Source: Oculina patagonica
Lineage: Eukaryota
DNA: 64,000 bases
Direction of reading: 5' to 3'
Assembly (NCBI RefSeq): GCF_052425735.1
Contig: NC_135766.1
Location: forward strand, 27,342,001 to 27,406,000
Positions 24,301 to 41,050 of the stretch are shown here, piece after piece (positions within the stretch are counted from its first letter, which is position 1; each line of letters opens with the position of its first letter). Both the position numbers and the translations under genes were made by a program. The notes beneath the pieces were generated by a model, which did no database searches, was not told the DNA's origin, and saw only the letters and a program-made list of their open reading frames with translations.

Positions 24301-26682
24301 AACCCCCCTCCCCCACCCCACTCCTCTGGAAATTTATTCCACTTAAGACTTTCCTTTTGGCCTTCCCCCGGGAATTTCCAATGACCTCTGCTGTATGATT
24401 TAGCTAGGGCCCTCAGTGTTTTGTTCCTAGGGGGGGGGAAGGGGAGGGGAGGGGCACTGCAGGGTAAGGCAGAGAGTGAAAGTGCAGGGTCTTTTCTTGA
24501 TCCAGTTAGGGAATTGGTCTTATATTTTTTTGCTGAAGAAGCTGTGCCTTTCTGTAAGATCCACCACTGCCTGATGTGTAAAGTCTTATTTCAAATCACT
24601 GGGGAAACCAGACAAAATGCAAAGAGTAACCTGAAGTATACTAGCATTTTGTCAGGTGAGTGGCATATAACTCCTGGTCACTTTCACTCCTCCACTTTTT
24701 CTTCAACAGATTCTGATCACCCAAAGTCTGGTATGAGTAAAGCGTTACAGCTGTTAAGTATACCGACCATGACTTATCTATTGTTGTTACGAATGGCCGC
24801 CTTTCTCCCAGCAATGTTGTTGCATTCAACGGGTGCAGTTATTTCAATGGAGTACTTCAAACTTGGTCCTAAAGAAAATGGTCAACTGCTTGCTTTGTTT
24901 GGTGCAGCTGCAGCTGTATGTATAATATTGTTAATAATACTATTATTATTATAATAAATATTTTTGTAATGCTTTTATTTTAGTTGTTTCCAGTTGATAA
25001 CTTGGGGGGATACTCTCTCTAGTGAGGCCTTCCAAGGGGTTTGGCGACAGGTTAGTACATTGCTCCAAAATGGCTAAAAATGTAACGTAATTCTTGTTCC
25101 AGCGCACCGACAGCTAACAGAAACTAGCACTGAAAGGGGTATATAATTGCAACAGCAACTACAACGTAAATTTTCCCTCCCAAATAGGTGACAGGTGGGT
25201 TGGAAACGAATGACAAAGCAATGTCAGAAACCCTTTTGGAAGGCCTCTATAGTGGACAATGCAGGGGAGGCTCCACCCGAAAGGGGAACCTTTGAGGCTC
25301 CGCTAAATAAAAGGGTAGGGATTTCATGAGTTGGAGTATAACAAATAAAAGGGTAGGGAAAACTGTCATTTAAGTATAGAAAAGTAACTTGTCCTTTCAA
25401 GATATCTTGAACAGACCCACCGAGGGGTCCATTCATTTAAGTATTTTAAGGGGTACCGGTAATTCAAGTGAAAAATTAAGAAAAGGGATGTAGTAACCCT
25501 TCTGTATGTTTTTGCAAGGGGAGCAATTTTCTATCAAAGGTATATGAAAGGGTTACCTTTTCTGCCAAAAATGGTATAAGAAAGGGTAGTGTAAGGGTTT
25601 GGCCATTGGGGCTGAGCCTCCCCGTATAAAAATGTTTTTTGTAGTCTCTTCTTGCTAATATGTAGACAAGGACATGCTCTGGGGCAACGTTTGTCTTATT
25701 ATGATTGTTCTCTTTGGGTTTAGGTGGTTCAAGGTTTTGGAATTGGCATACTGTCAAGCAAATTTAGTGAGCCATCTCTCCTGTTACTTTCCTTTTCTAT
25801 TTCTGGCTGTGCATTCAGTTTGATGGTAGGTGCTTGAAGAATTTAATTTATGTACACTGATTAATATTTTAATATTTAAAAACTTGGTAGATAATTTTTT
25901 TGATAAACATTATGTTGGGTCATCAAGACATTCTATGGTGAAGTTCTTTTTTGCTTGAAGACATACCAGTAACTTTAATTATTTTTTAATTACCAAGATC
26001 TGGTACTCCTGGCATGGAGTTGAATTTTATTTTTCAGGTAAATGGCCTCTATCAAGTATGAGAATTGAGTCATACAAATGTGTGAGGCTCGAGGTGTGCA
26101 AGGCAGAAATCCCTACTCCAAATAAAAAGGCTCAACCAAGCTCAAGCTTCCTGTAGGCAGACCAGAGTGCTCGTAAGGCTAACTGGAGTGCCATCCACGC
26201 TAATTTAAGTGCTATTTAGGCTTACCGAAAATGGATCGCACGCATCGCTGCCTCCCACTTTGTGACGACCCTCCCGGGGGGGGTTACCGCGAGAAGCACC
26301 CCCCCCCCGCCCCCCCCCCGACCCATCAAGTCAAATTGTTTACCACATAATTTTAAAAGAATGACAAAAGTATTTTGCTGCTCTTTTCTTGCAGTATTTT
26401 GCCAGAAGCACCTTTTTATTTGCTGTGTCTCAAGTCATCAGTATAATAGGGTTTTCTATAATGGGCACCATTACAACTTCCATGGCAACCAAAGCTGTCA
26501 GCGCACATGACACCGGACTTGTGCTGGGACTGTGTACAACCAGTGAAGCTCTTATGAGAACAATAGCTCCTGGAATTGGAACATTTATGTTCTTAAACTA
26601 TGGCTGGCAATCATTTGGTACCTTGGGTACTGCCATTGAATTTGGCGCAGTTGTAATACTATTGGTCAAGAGACTAAATTAA
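21357..26682 (+). CDS. SLC22A18-like MFS transporter, copy C (411 aa); exons 21357-21506, 22536-22779, 23724-23762, 23925-24131, 24710-24915, 25724-25825, 26395-26682
   Basis: Paralog of A and B with identical intron positions and phases; GRFGDVFGSR and GIMAGPLIGG motifs; exon sum 1236 nt, in frame. Confidence 0.88.
23095..23323 (+). mobile_element. 3' end of an L2/CR1-type LINE
   Basis: FKSKLKTYFFKKAY ORF2 C-terminus, then the TGTAAAGCGCT...AGCGCTATATAAAT stem-loop and an (ATT)n tail. A similar tail is at 59900-59992. Confidence 0.75.
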
Positions 26683-28547
26683 TACAGGCCTGGGATATCC
26701 AATTCATTCAAAACACTCTATTGTTTTACTTGCAGTGCACGCTTGCCATTTGCTAGATCTGCCTGATTTAGCTAAACTGGTTTTGGTCTTGATAGTAAGA
26801 TTAATAGCCAGCTACAGTCATTCAAAAGATAGATGACACTATCTACTAGATACTGTTACTATTCATTAGATACACAGTGTTGTCGTGAATGGGTATAAGG
26901 ACAAAAGCCGCGCAAAAGCCACGCATATGAAAACGTCTTAGGTTGAGCCGGTCGACTCTGTGATGTAAATGCAGAACGAACTTCATTCTGGAACGAGTTT
27001 CGTTGCGGAATGAAAGTCATTCTGGAATCATGTTAACAAGCCTAAAGGTGCTTTTCAGTAACATGTAAACTCTGCTCAAGCCAACAGTTATGTTTTTCAA
27101 TGCTGTCAATCATCTAAGCAGACCTCTTAGGAAACAGAACTTCACCTCAACCAGTTCATAGAGTCACGTCTGCTAGCTGAGATTGGTAGATTTTGATCTA
27201 TTTTGTTTGTTTCTGTTTTTCAAGGTTCATTGGCTGTCCCATAATTATGAGTGACAGCAGCAAAAAATCTGATTGTTAGTTGGGTTTTGAACTTCAGAGT
27301 TCTAAGCACTAGTTAGTTTATACTTATGATGACAACATAACATTAAGTATTTAAAAAAAATCGGTGTAAATAAAGTTTATTTTTACCATAATTTCAAGGA
27401 ACTGTGGGAAAGCTAAGCAGCAGTTGCTTTTGGTAATTAAGGATATTTGGATTGGTTTAAGAAAATTAAGCACAGGCTATAAGTGAACTTTTAAAATTAT
27501 TATGGTTCATGTTACATGTAGTGACCCAATCAATCCCAAACAGTGACAAAAGCTACAAACATTTTCAGCTTTGCAAAAGTTCTTATATGTGATGAATGAA
27601 AGGACTATTTTTATAAGCTCTAGCAATTTTTGACTTTATGATTATGATGCTGTATTTAATAAAAACAAAGTATTCTTTCAAAAAAATCAGTGTAAATAAA
27701 TCAAGTTTATTTTTACCATATTTCAAAAACTTTGTAGGCTAAATAATAATTATGTAGCATAAGTTTAGGTAAAGAAGATCAACATGAAATGAAGGTGTGA
27801 AAAGTATTTATTTTTTTATAATAATAATAAAAATTGAGTAAATAACTCTCTACAAGGGTAAACTATCTCACAAAAACAACGTATTTATCAGATGACTATA
27901 GTGTATGTTGTGCATAAATGTTCACTCACTTACTTTTTGCCTGCATATCAGTGTAATATTATATACTTAATATTAGTTAATAGTTAGTGTAAAATGCATA
28001 TTTGTGTAGTTCCATAAAATATCCATGCCTCCCCCACGGAAGGGATTTTTTTAAAAGAACCCCCAGCCCTCTGGAAATTCCAGTTAAATTTCATACATTT
28101 CTTTAAAACTTTTGGTCTTTGAGACCCCCCCCCCCCCCACCCCAGGAAATTTCCACTCCCTTCTGTGGGGGGATTATGGATATTTTCTAGAACTACACAT
28201 TAAGGTCAGTAATTAGTGAATTATGTGGAATATCTACTATTACTATTGAGCTAAGCCAAACAGGGGATGCATTAAAACACATTTTCCTGGCTTGGCAAAA
28301 TTACACATAACATAAATTATTTACAACATATTATTGTCAGACAAGTATATCAAAGTTGTGAATGTAATAAATTTGTATTAATATATTGGGTCCTGCCAAG
28401 AGAAAAGGGACCTTATGACATAATTACCAATATTTTATTGGAATTTGTAGACCCTCTTTGTATTGTTCACCTGTGGTTTTCTCTGAAATTAAGTCATACT
28501 GCATAGGGTCCCTTCTTCACTTGGTGCAGTCCAAATATTTTCTATTA

Positions 28548-28773
28548 CAGCGCGATGCGCCATACCGTGGCCACCCAACAAACTTTTTTACAAGTGTTTT
28601 ATCGTAATATTACTATATGTTTGACGAACACCCCGCCTTGCAAAGTTGAATACGATCAAATTGATACTTGTTACATCGTATTTATCAACAAAACACAGTG
28701 AAAACGTAAAATATTGCAAGATGACAGTTGTAAAAAAGTTTGTTGGGTGGCCACGGTAAGGCGCGTCGCACTG
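28548..28773. mobile_element. Tc1/mariner-type MITE with about 45-bp TIRs and TA TSD
   Basis: TA|CAGCGCGATGCGCCATACCGTGGCCACCCAACAAAC ... GTTTGTTGGGTGGCCACGGTAAGGCGCGTCGCACTG|TA. Confidence 0.85.
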
Positions 28774-29348
28774 TAAAAGTTGATCAGTTTAAAACATGTT
28801 TATAATTCAGATCTTTCAAGTACTTATAAATAAATAACGAATCAAATAAATTAAATGGAAACCTAGTATGCTTTGGTATTTAAATATTATCACACATTTT
28901 CACATTAACACTCCTAAACAATATGAGGATTTCACTGGAAGAAGTTGCTGGGTGTCGTCTCTCAGCAACTTTTCGTAACCCTTCAGAAACTAATAATGTA
29001 AAATTCCAGTTATAAGCCCTGAGCTTATACAACTTCATAAGAGGTTTTGGGTGGGCTTATAAGCGGAGGGGCTTATATCGAGGAGGGCTAATAAGTGAAA
29101 TAAAAAAAGGTTTCAAAACGAGCCACAGTAGTGTTGAAGATCAAAATATGTTTTTAAGTTAAAAATGCATAATAAAACAACACTGTTAAGTACTGACATC
29201 TGGCAGAGGGGGGCTTATATCTGGGAAGGGGGCTTATAATCAGATGCAATGTTTTCATTTCCAAGTAGATGGACCTAAAACCTGGAGGGCTTATAACCAG
29301 AATTTTATGGTATTTACCGTAACACCAGCTACAGTAGTAGTCAAATGT

Positions 29349-32542
<3,194 letters not shown>

Positions 32543-35094
32543 TCATCGCATTTAGAACACCGCTAACGAGATTGTCACCACCAAAGAATTAACGGGTAAT
32601 CGAAGATAGAAATCAGAAACAATTATACTAAGCGACGCCGACGAATCTATTAAGTTTATCTAATGATGAGTCTATTTTTTTAGAACAATTTTTTCGCGAG
32701 ATTGCAGTTCACTCAGTTACTCAAAGCAAACCAAAGTTGACCTGACGACAGAATTTTATCCACGCTTTCCTCAGCTCGGAGTCAGCTTATTCTCGAAGGC
32801 ATTCAATTCTTTTCGCTCAAACTCGTAGATTTGTTCGATGAATTATTATGAAAAGAATATTAAAGCTTGCCTTTTGTTCCACAGCAAATGCAATTTCCAT
32901 CGAGGCCGGCTATTGATGTGCTAAACAGCTTCCAAATATCCAGGCAACCGATATATGCAAAGTTTCCAGACTTTTCCAAGGCGACACTGAAAAGTCAAAC
33001 TTCCCTTGGAATGAGAAAACACGGCAACAGAGTCTTCTGGGTTATTTTAGAATTTTTTTGGACACATTTTGAGCGCAAATTTGGACAAGAAAACGTTCCT
33101 ATTGGAAAAATTCTGACACTTTTTTCTCGCCGACATTCTCGTTCCAGTCTTCCCAACCGAACACCTGCTTTATAACCACAGGAAGCCCAGCTCAGGTTTG
33201 GCCAAAACAAAAGGGTCCGCAACGCATTAGATCGGTTAGATTAGTAAGGCATGACGTTTATTTTTCCCGCGAACGGCAAAAATTCAACTTCTGCCGTTTG
33301 GCGTTTGTACGAGGAAATAAGTAGTTTTTTTGTTTGTTGTGAATGTGGGATTTTTCCCCTGATAAATTTTAGAATTCCATAAAAAGGTAGCAAAATGAAA
33401 GGCAAGCTAGCGTTTGCCATATAATGTAAAGCTTAATCTCTCCAATATTAGAGCAGACAAGTTTATCATCTGTTTATCATCTTCGCAAAGTAAAATTAAA
33501 TTCCAAAAAAAATAAATATAGAAATAAAACGTTCCATCTGATTTAGATCAACTGTCAAATGTAAAATTTGGAAGAAAAAAATTGTTTTGACTTTTCGAGT
33601 CCACAACATGCACTCAATAGACCTATAGTTTTTGACAGAAGTTCTTTTTTTTTTCAGCAGTCTTTGTATTTCACGACATGGCTTGCACTCTTAATTTTAT
33701 CCTGGCTTCCATTTAAATCTCTTCCAGGAGACTTGTTACAAATTTTATTTCAATTACTCTTCAGGTTGCCTGTTGATTTTACTATTACAGTACAACCACC
33801 GGCTGACCAAAATTGTGCATTATGAGGACATCTACATTTAAATGAGCTTAAAGAATGCCGCAAAAGGGAGGCTACTGTTCAATTAAATAACTTTTAATTT
33901 TTCTAAGATATCACACTTTGAATCATCTAAAAATACTATCAGGGAATGGCACCACTTACTGAATCATCATGTCTCATCGCGCCAGTAGGCGCATAAGGCT
34001 GTAAGGCCACTTTCTAGATTTCTATGTCTTACAGAAGGTACTTTGACATCTTATAGTGCTAGAATATTCATTTCCCAGAGTTTACTTCAAAATACTTCAC
34101 AGTTTATAAATAATTATTAACTAAAACCATCGGAAGCCCTAGCATGAAGTATTTCAATTTATGGGCACTTTTCTTTGTCAGGACTGGCCGGCCAGTCAAG
34201 TATATTTGAGAACGGAATTCTGTTGTTAGTTGTTAGTAAAAAAAAAAAAAGAAAAAAAGAATTCTGTTGTTAGTCAGATTTGTTCTATCAACTCAGTTAA
34301 TGCATAAATATTATACATCATTATCGCAGATTTGTTGCAAAAGTTTGTGTAAAAGGCCCATTTTACATTCAAAACCACTGGACTGGCCGGCCTGTTCTGA
34401 CAAATGGAAAGCACCTTATGTTTCACAAAACTAAGAAAAGCTCACTATATATTAGACTGAACCTCTGAATGCATCTTTACAATTTATTTAATTTTCTCCC
34501 TAATTCTGATTACTCTGATTACTTGTGATATCAAGACATCAGAGAGAAAGAATACATAACAAATTCATTTTCATTAATGCATTGCATTAACCACAACCAC
34601 AGGGCCCCTTTACATTTAAAGGATATTGATAGCAGGATATTAATAAGCAAAGTTAGGAATTTTAACAACTGATGGTCAAGTTAAAGCGATAAATTTAGGC
34701 TTTTAAAATTTGAACTTTTAGCACATAATTTCACAAAGAAATCACAACTTAACCTTTTCACCTTTAATCCTCTATTCTGTTTGGTAACCATAATAATTTT
34801 TCTTTTTTGAGAGACAATAAATAAAATTGAGTAGTATTAAGAATAAAATTATTGGATTATAACACTTTCTTTGCTTGATTATAGTCAAGTACCAACCAAG
34901 CTGAAATACAAATATTCTGACTGATATAAATGTAAAGCTTAATATTGTGGCAGGTCTCAGCAAATAAAAAACAATACTCATATAATAAGTGTGACTGATT
35001 AAAGAGCACTACACTTTAAAGGGACTATTTCACGGGGATTTCAACACAAATATAAATTTTGGCTGTTTAAAAATCTGTTTAACTCCGTGACATA

Positions 35095-35464
35095 CAGAGA
35101 TTCCAACCCTCCCGATTTTATCGGGAGTCTCCCGATTTGATGCGTGGCCTCCCGCTCTCCCGATTTCTATCAGATTCTCCCGATTTATCATGAAATTCTG
35201 AAAACAAGGGAAAAATTGGTATTCTTTAGTACTTTTTTGCGATCAGAGTGTAACAAAAGTAAAGAAATGCACCAGAAAATTATTATGTCTGTGAAAAGAA
35301 TAAAGACCTTATAGAATAACTCGGAAATGATGTCAAAATGCCGGAAATGGCACTTGGGAGAACCTAAATTTGTAAATTTTCCCGGTGGAACATGTCTCTA
35401 GATCCACCTAGAGGCTCGCACCTTCAGTCTCCCTATTTTCTTTCACAAAGGGTTGGAATCTCTG
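35095..35464. mobile_element. MITE, sister of 30035-30411, opposite orientation
   Basis: Same TIRs; 6-bp TSD GACATA (35089-35094, 35465-35470). Confidence 0.85.
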
Positions 35465-37057
35465 GACATAGTCCCTTTAACTGAGCCACAAGCAAGAGTT
35501 CACACAAGTAACGCAAATGCAAGCACAACTGAAAGCGCAACGATGGAGAAATGTCCATTTTTTTAACCTGGCTTCTGCTTGCATTTGCATCACAGGTGAA
35601 CGTTGCTAATGCAAATGGAAGAGCAAACACAACCAAGGAAAGTGCGACTTGTCTGTCAACTTAGAAAAATGACTTCAACTGCATCTGCAAATCTTGTGCT
35701 CCTTGTGTTTGCATTTTACATGTAAAGGTTGCTTGGATTAATTGTGCTTGCATCTGTGTTGCACATATAAAGTCAACACAGATTTGTGTCTATTCAGGTA
35801 AGCTAGAAGTCTGTTATTGAATGTTCTATTGACTACTGAAATGTTAAAATCTGCTATCCTGAAATAACAAATGCACAAAACACTTTTACAGTTCTGATTG
35901 TCTACTGCCGCAAATCAGAAGTTTAAGCCACAAGATGGGTGATTAAACTAAATTATCAAAGGTATTAGAGGGTGCAATACTGCCAAAAAAAAAACAGCAA
36001 AATACTGCAACGCTGTCGAAAATCTATGAAATACCACAGCTATGAAAATGCCTTGTCATTTTTCAACATGACCTTATGTAACAAGAATTATCTCTTCCCC
36101 TTAGTGTAACTGCTTGGTTCGGCTCTCAGTTAAAGTAACTGAATACTTTGTTTGTAAAATTTCTGCCCAAATAGCACACAAACAACTGTCTTTTTGTCAA
36201 ACTTTAACCCATTGACACCTGGAGATTTTACAAAAAAATCACACTTTTCGGATACTTTTGACATGTTTTGGTCAGTTATGAGCTAAGTAAGCTCCAACCT
36301 ACTCAATAGAGATAGTTTTTGGGTCAGACAGTGCTCTTCTACTTTAGGCGTCTCATTTTTTTTTTTGGCTTTTTTTTTTGCTAATTTCCTTTTTCTCCTC
36401 ATTTTATCTTATTGATGCACTTGTTGGCCTTGTAGTGTGCTTGCTCTCAGTGCAAGACTTCTGAAGAAAGCATTGTCCTCGCGCAAAATTTTTAACACGG
36501 AGCAGTAAGGGGTGGTTGGCGGAAATTTTCCTTTGAGTTTTTCACAGAAATTTTGCGTTTTTGTGCATATTTCAGGCTACATAATTTAACACGATCACTG
36601 TAATCCAGGTATCATTGGAAAGATCTTTTCCTCCTGGAGATTTTGAGTATGGCCGTCAATGGGTTAAGTCAAGTCATGCTTTAGATGAAATGTATCCCAG
36701 GGTTTTGGCGAATACCTCAATACCACAGTTCCAGTATAAAATTACTGAAACCCCACAGCAGAAATTGCTTTGTCTAATCCAAATCAACCACTTTCTTACA
36801 AAAATGTATGCATCTTAATGGAACCAAAAATCAAGTTTGTTGCATGAAAAACTGTAACATCTAAATCAGTCCTAAGATGTAATCAGTGAAGGCCTGAACT
36901 AGGTCATGGGGAATAATGGGTAGGGACATGATGGGGCTACATAATAGGGTGCAAGAAAAATGGCACCATTTTCCTAGAAAGTATCTATTGTTGTTTTGGA
37001 TTTATAATCAGTTACAATCTTTCAATACCCTGAACACAATGATTTTACTCTGATTTC

Positions 37058-40000
37058 TTAGCGTTGTGGTAATGAATTGCTCTTTCCATCTCCTGCTTTT
37101 GCACCAGTACCTTCTCCGCTCTTGTTCTCTTTGCTGTTGAACTCGAGCTCTATGTAAGCACCTGGATTGCCTCGCCCTCTGTTAGGCCTATCAGGTATCC
37201 TAGGGGAACGTGATACATCGCTTCTCCCACGGGGGCGCTCATTCCCAGGGAAGTTTAACTCAAGAAAGTTGACTGACTCCTCCTTGTTCCTTTCCTTCCC
37301 AGACTGGGAATCTGGTAAGACCGCAGGTAATGAATGTCTTTTCAGTTCGTCGTTAGCACTTGTCTTTTTGTCTCCTTGATTCTCCGAACTCCCATCACTG
37401 GACAAAACACTGCTCTCTTCCTCGTCTTTAGCTTTCAATGAATCCAAATCTATTTCGGCGTATTCTGTGTGCTCTGTTGTGTGGGTGTCGCAGTAACGAT
37501 AATCAGAAGAAGGTTTAACTGTGCACACAACTAACTCTGGGCTTCCTTTGATAATTTCACTTATTTCTGATACTGAGCGCCCACCTAGTTCAATTCCATT
37601 GATATCAAGAATTTGGTCACCTGGTGAAGAAAAAAATTTAGATAAAAAAATTAAGACGGTTTCCGCTGAACAATATCGAGCAATAAAGGCAAAACTAAAG
37701 GTACCAAAACAAACGCATGGTATGGTCACAGTTTTTAATACAGTTAAGAAGAACTTATAGAAATTTTAACTTTTACGCTAACCCCACGCGAGAGATATGA
37801 ATTTGAAGATCTCCATATTTTAGTTAACAGTAGACGTTTCAGGTCAGTTCAAGACAAAATAACACACGTTTTAAGCCTTTTACAAGGTTTGACATTAAAT
37901 TTCTCGAGATTGCTTTAGAATTTCATAGCGGGGTCAATTGGAGAATGAATAACAGTGAGATGTCACCGTGCTATTAGTAGATTTTTGGTAATTAATTTTT
38001 GCACCTATTGCTCAAACATTAAGCTGAATCCGTCTTAATATTTTGTTGCTGTATATATTGCGGGCGGGGGGGGGGGGGGGAGGGGGGGACAGGGGGCTCT
38101 GTATTTCCCAGGTTTGCAGCTGACCTCCTGTCCCCTTCTACAATATTAACTTGAAAAAAAAGTTTCTAGAAAAATAAATACATCTCTTTTTTTTTTCATG
38201 ATAATTTGTCACAAAAAGTGTCTTGATGCATCATCAAATTCTCCAAGGTAACACTAAAAGAAATGTATGGGAGAAGTGGTGTCGTAAACTGGTATAAGGC
38301 AACTAAATCACTCGCTGAATACTTTTATTCACAATCCTTTTAATTGAAAACACTCTCGATAGAGTTCTTCATGTCTACTTTTCATTGTACAAAAAAAAAA
38401 ACAAGTCTCTTCTGTAATACTAGACGGCTTAGGTTACATGCATTTCATTGCCTGGGTAATATTTCGTGTTGCGCGGGTAACTAGGCCACAGTTTTTAATG
38501 TCACACAAGGTAACACCCTATCCGCAACAGTGGGGAGAATTGACCTACCGAGGACTACTAAAAAGCTGAGAGTAAATTGAAAATGAAGCAAAAGCTTGGT
38601 TTAGTAAAGGAAAAAATGAAAAAGAATTATTCATTGCATACTGTCATTCAGTTCACACGACTTTATAAAACATTATTGTATGAAAAATTTTGCAAGGAAA
38701 GTAAGTCTCCTATGGCTACCATCTGTTTTATTATGAAAAACAACATATAGCGACATTTCTTGTTGCGTCACATATTGAACAAAGATGGATAATGGTTGGC
38801 AAATTTGAATAACAAAACCAATTTGACTCCAGTGTTTATAAGCAGTAAACAATGCCATGTTATTCTTTACTACAAACTAATTGAAAGTTTCAGAATTCTA
38901 TGTTGCCGCAGTTTAATATGTTCTTACTACAGATCTGACCAACTTTTTCGGCTGTTCCAAAAAAATATACATTTTAATATTTTATATTAAACCAAGAGTT
39001 AAAAATTTGTTCAAAACATTATATTATGTCCACGATACCTTTAAAAGGACCAAGCAATTGAAAAATAAACAAGTTTTAATATCAGCAGTGGTACAGCATA
39101 ATTTTGTATTTTGCACAAACAGATGCAAATTATATTTTAGAAATTGTTCAGCATATTGAAAGTAATATAAATAATGAAAACTTCTAGCTCCATACGCAAT
39201 TCCCTTGACGTATTTTTGATTACTGACGCATTAATTTTTTTTTTCTTCAAAAGTGATAATAAAAGATAAGCTTGTTTTGAAACGACAATATTGAAATTAT
39301 GCTCAGAAAAACATTAACTGCGAACTTTAATTTTAAAATAACCTATTTTACTGCCATTTTGGGGAAATAACTTTCACGTCAAATTTATTCTTTCAGACGA
39401 AAAACCGCGGAAATTTGCAGTGAAGCGAAAATTTTGCGTGAATTTCGTGTCGTACGGCAATTAATTTGCATGCGGAAATTAGCAGATGCAAGCTTATTTT
39501 GACTTTGAATGAGTTGAAGATTTGACAATTAGAGCTGACAAAAGAACAATACATAAAATGTGTTCATTTCTAAATGTGAGCCGTAGTTAACGAGGCGAGA
39601 ACGAATTCAGGGCGTCTTTGGTAAACTACAGCTGAAACATTAAACTTTGACAACTAAACGAAAGTCTACGTTCTGAATGACGACAGCACCTGTGCGTTCG
39701 GGAACAAATTCAATTCTTCTTTCATTGAAGTAACTTCGGTTTCTATTTACTGGTTAAATTTGAGAATATTACCCTGAGTGACTTCGCATTTAGCCATGTA
39801 AACCGATTGTGTGGCCATCTATAAACTAATCGCTCGTATTAGAGCCAAATTCGACAGCGAATGAAACGACTTCTTTACCAATTGCAAGCAAGTCCGCCTA
39901 CAGAGTGTTTGAAGTCAGGTGTTATCCAAGATAAACACGAACTGGTGCCACAGAAAATAACACTAGATTAGAATCTCCAACAAACTAGGTGCTGTTCTAA

Positions 40001-40589
40001 CTTGTCAGGTTTCATAAAACATTAAAGAACAAACTTTTGAATTAAATGATTGAAGCTTACCCGGTCGCAGAATTCCAGATGTTGAAACAGGCCCGTCTTC
40101 GAGAATTCGGTTGACAAAGATCACTCCACCGACATTTTTAATTGTGCATCCCAGCCCCTGGCCTTTCTCTCTTTGGATCGTTATCCGCTTTAGCCCTCCG
40201 GTTAACTTCGTGCTTTTTCTTCTAACTGGGTCGGTTTCTTCTTCTTTGAGTTCATTCTCTTTAGCTGTCTGCACGGATAGCATCCAGAGCTCCCTATCCA
40301 ACTCGGAACTGCAACAGAAGCTGAAGAAAGGCTTCCCTTCTACGATCAGATTAAAACAATGCTTTCTCTTCTTGGTTTCAAACTTTTCAGTGGTTTCTAT
40401 GTCCACCAAAAATATCCGAGCTTCTGCAGTTCGCCCGCGTTTCTGATCATCTTCTTTCTTGAATGTGCACAACATCTGTCTGTTTAGAACAACGAATCGA
40501 GGACGCCATTGCTTCAGCAGGCTGGTTTTCTTTTGAAGAATTCCTTCTTTGATTACTCGCTTCTTCATCTTCCTATCTTGCTCTGCCAT
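37058..40589 (-). CDS. PH domain + PDZ domain adaptor protein (363 aa); exons 40589-40061, 37620-37058
   Basis: PH motifs IKEGILQKK..LLKQWRPRFVVL and DRELWMLSV. PDZ motifs ITIQREKGQGLGCTI, IFVNRILEDGPV..SGILRPGDQILDING, spliced across a phase-1 intron. Total 1092 nt. Confidence 0.85.
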
Positions 40590-40939
40590 GATACTGTTTT
40601 GCCAAGCAATTTAACTAATACTAATCCGACAATGAAACGCTAAGAATGCGGCCCATTTTTAGCGTCAAGGTGTTTAGCATACTCAGATCAGATCATTTAC
40701 CACGACTGGTTGCTATTAGCTATCGTCTGTTAGTAGCTCCCACGCATTTTCCCACTAATTGCACTGTCATTTATGGCACTTATGCACCGTACACGTCCAC
40801 TTCAAATTAGTTCTGGCCTCCTTATTCAGTACCGCTGCAAAAATACCAAGCGACGCTTAACAAAACGTGTTATTTTCACAGCCGTATCAGCTTTGAACGC
40901 GGATCGCTGATCGCTGCTCCTCTTCCTGTCGGACCCGCC

Positions 40940-41050
40940 AATGACGACTTCCGTTCGACACTTTTAGCAGTTTACCGCCATAAAAGGAAACAGGTCACGT
41001 GATTTAGACAAACTTACGATCGTGACGGTCCGTATATGACGTCATGATCG
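40940..41050. promoter_or_regulatory. CpG-rich promoter upstream of the PH-PDZ gene with ETS-like, E-box/CLEAR-like and full CRE motifs
   Basis: ACTTCCG near 40947, GTCACGTGA at 40994-41002, palindromic ATGACGTCAT at 41036-41045. Confidence 0.45.
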
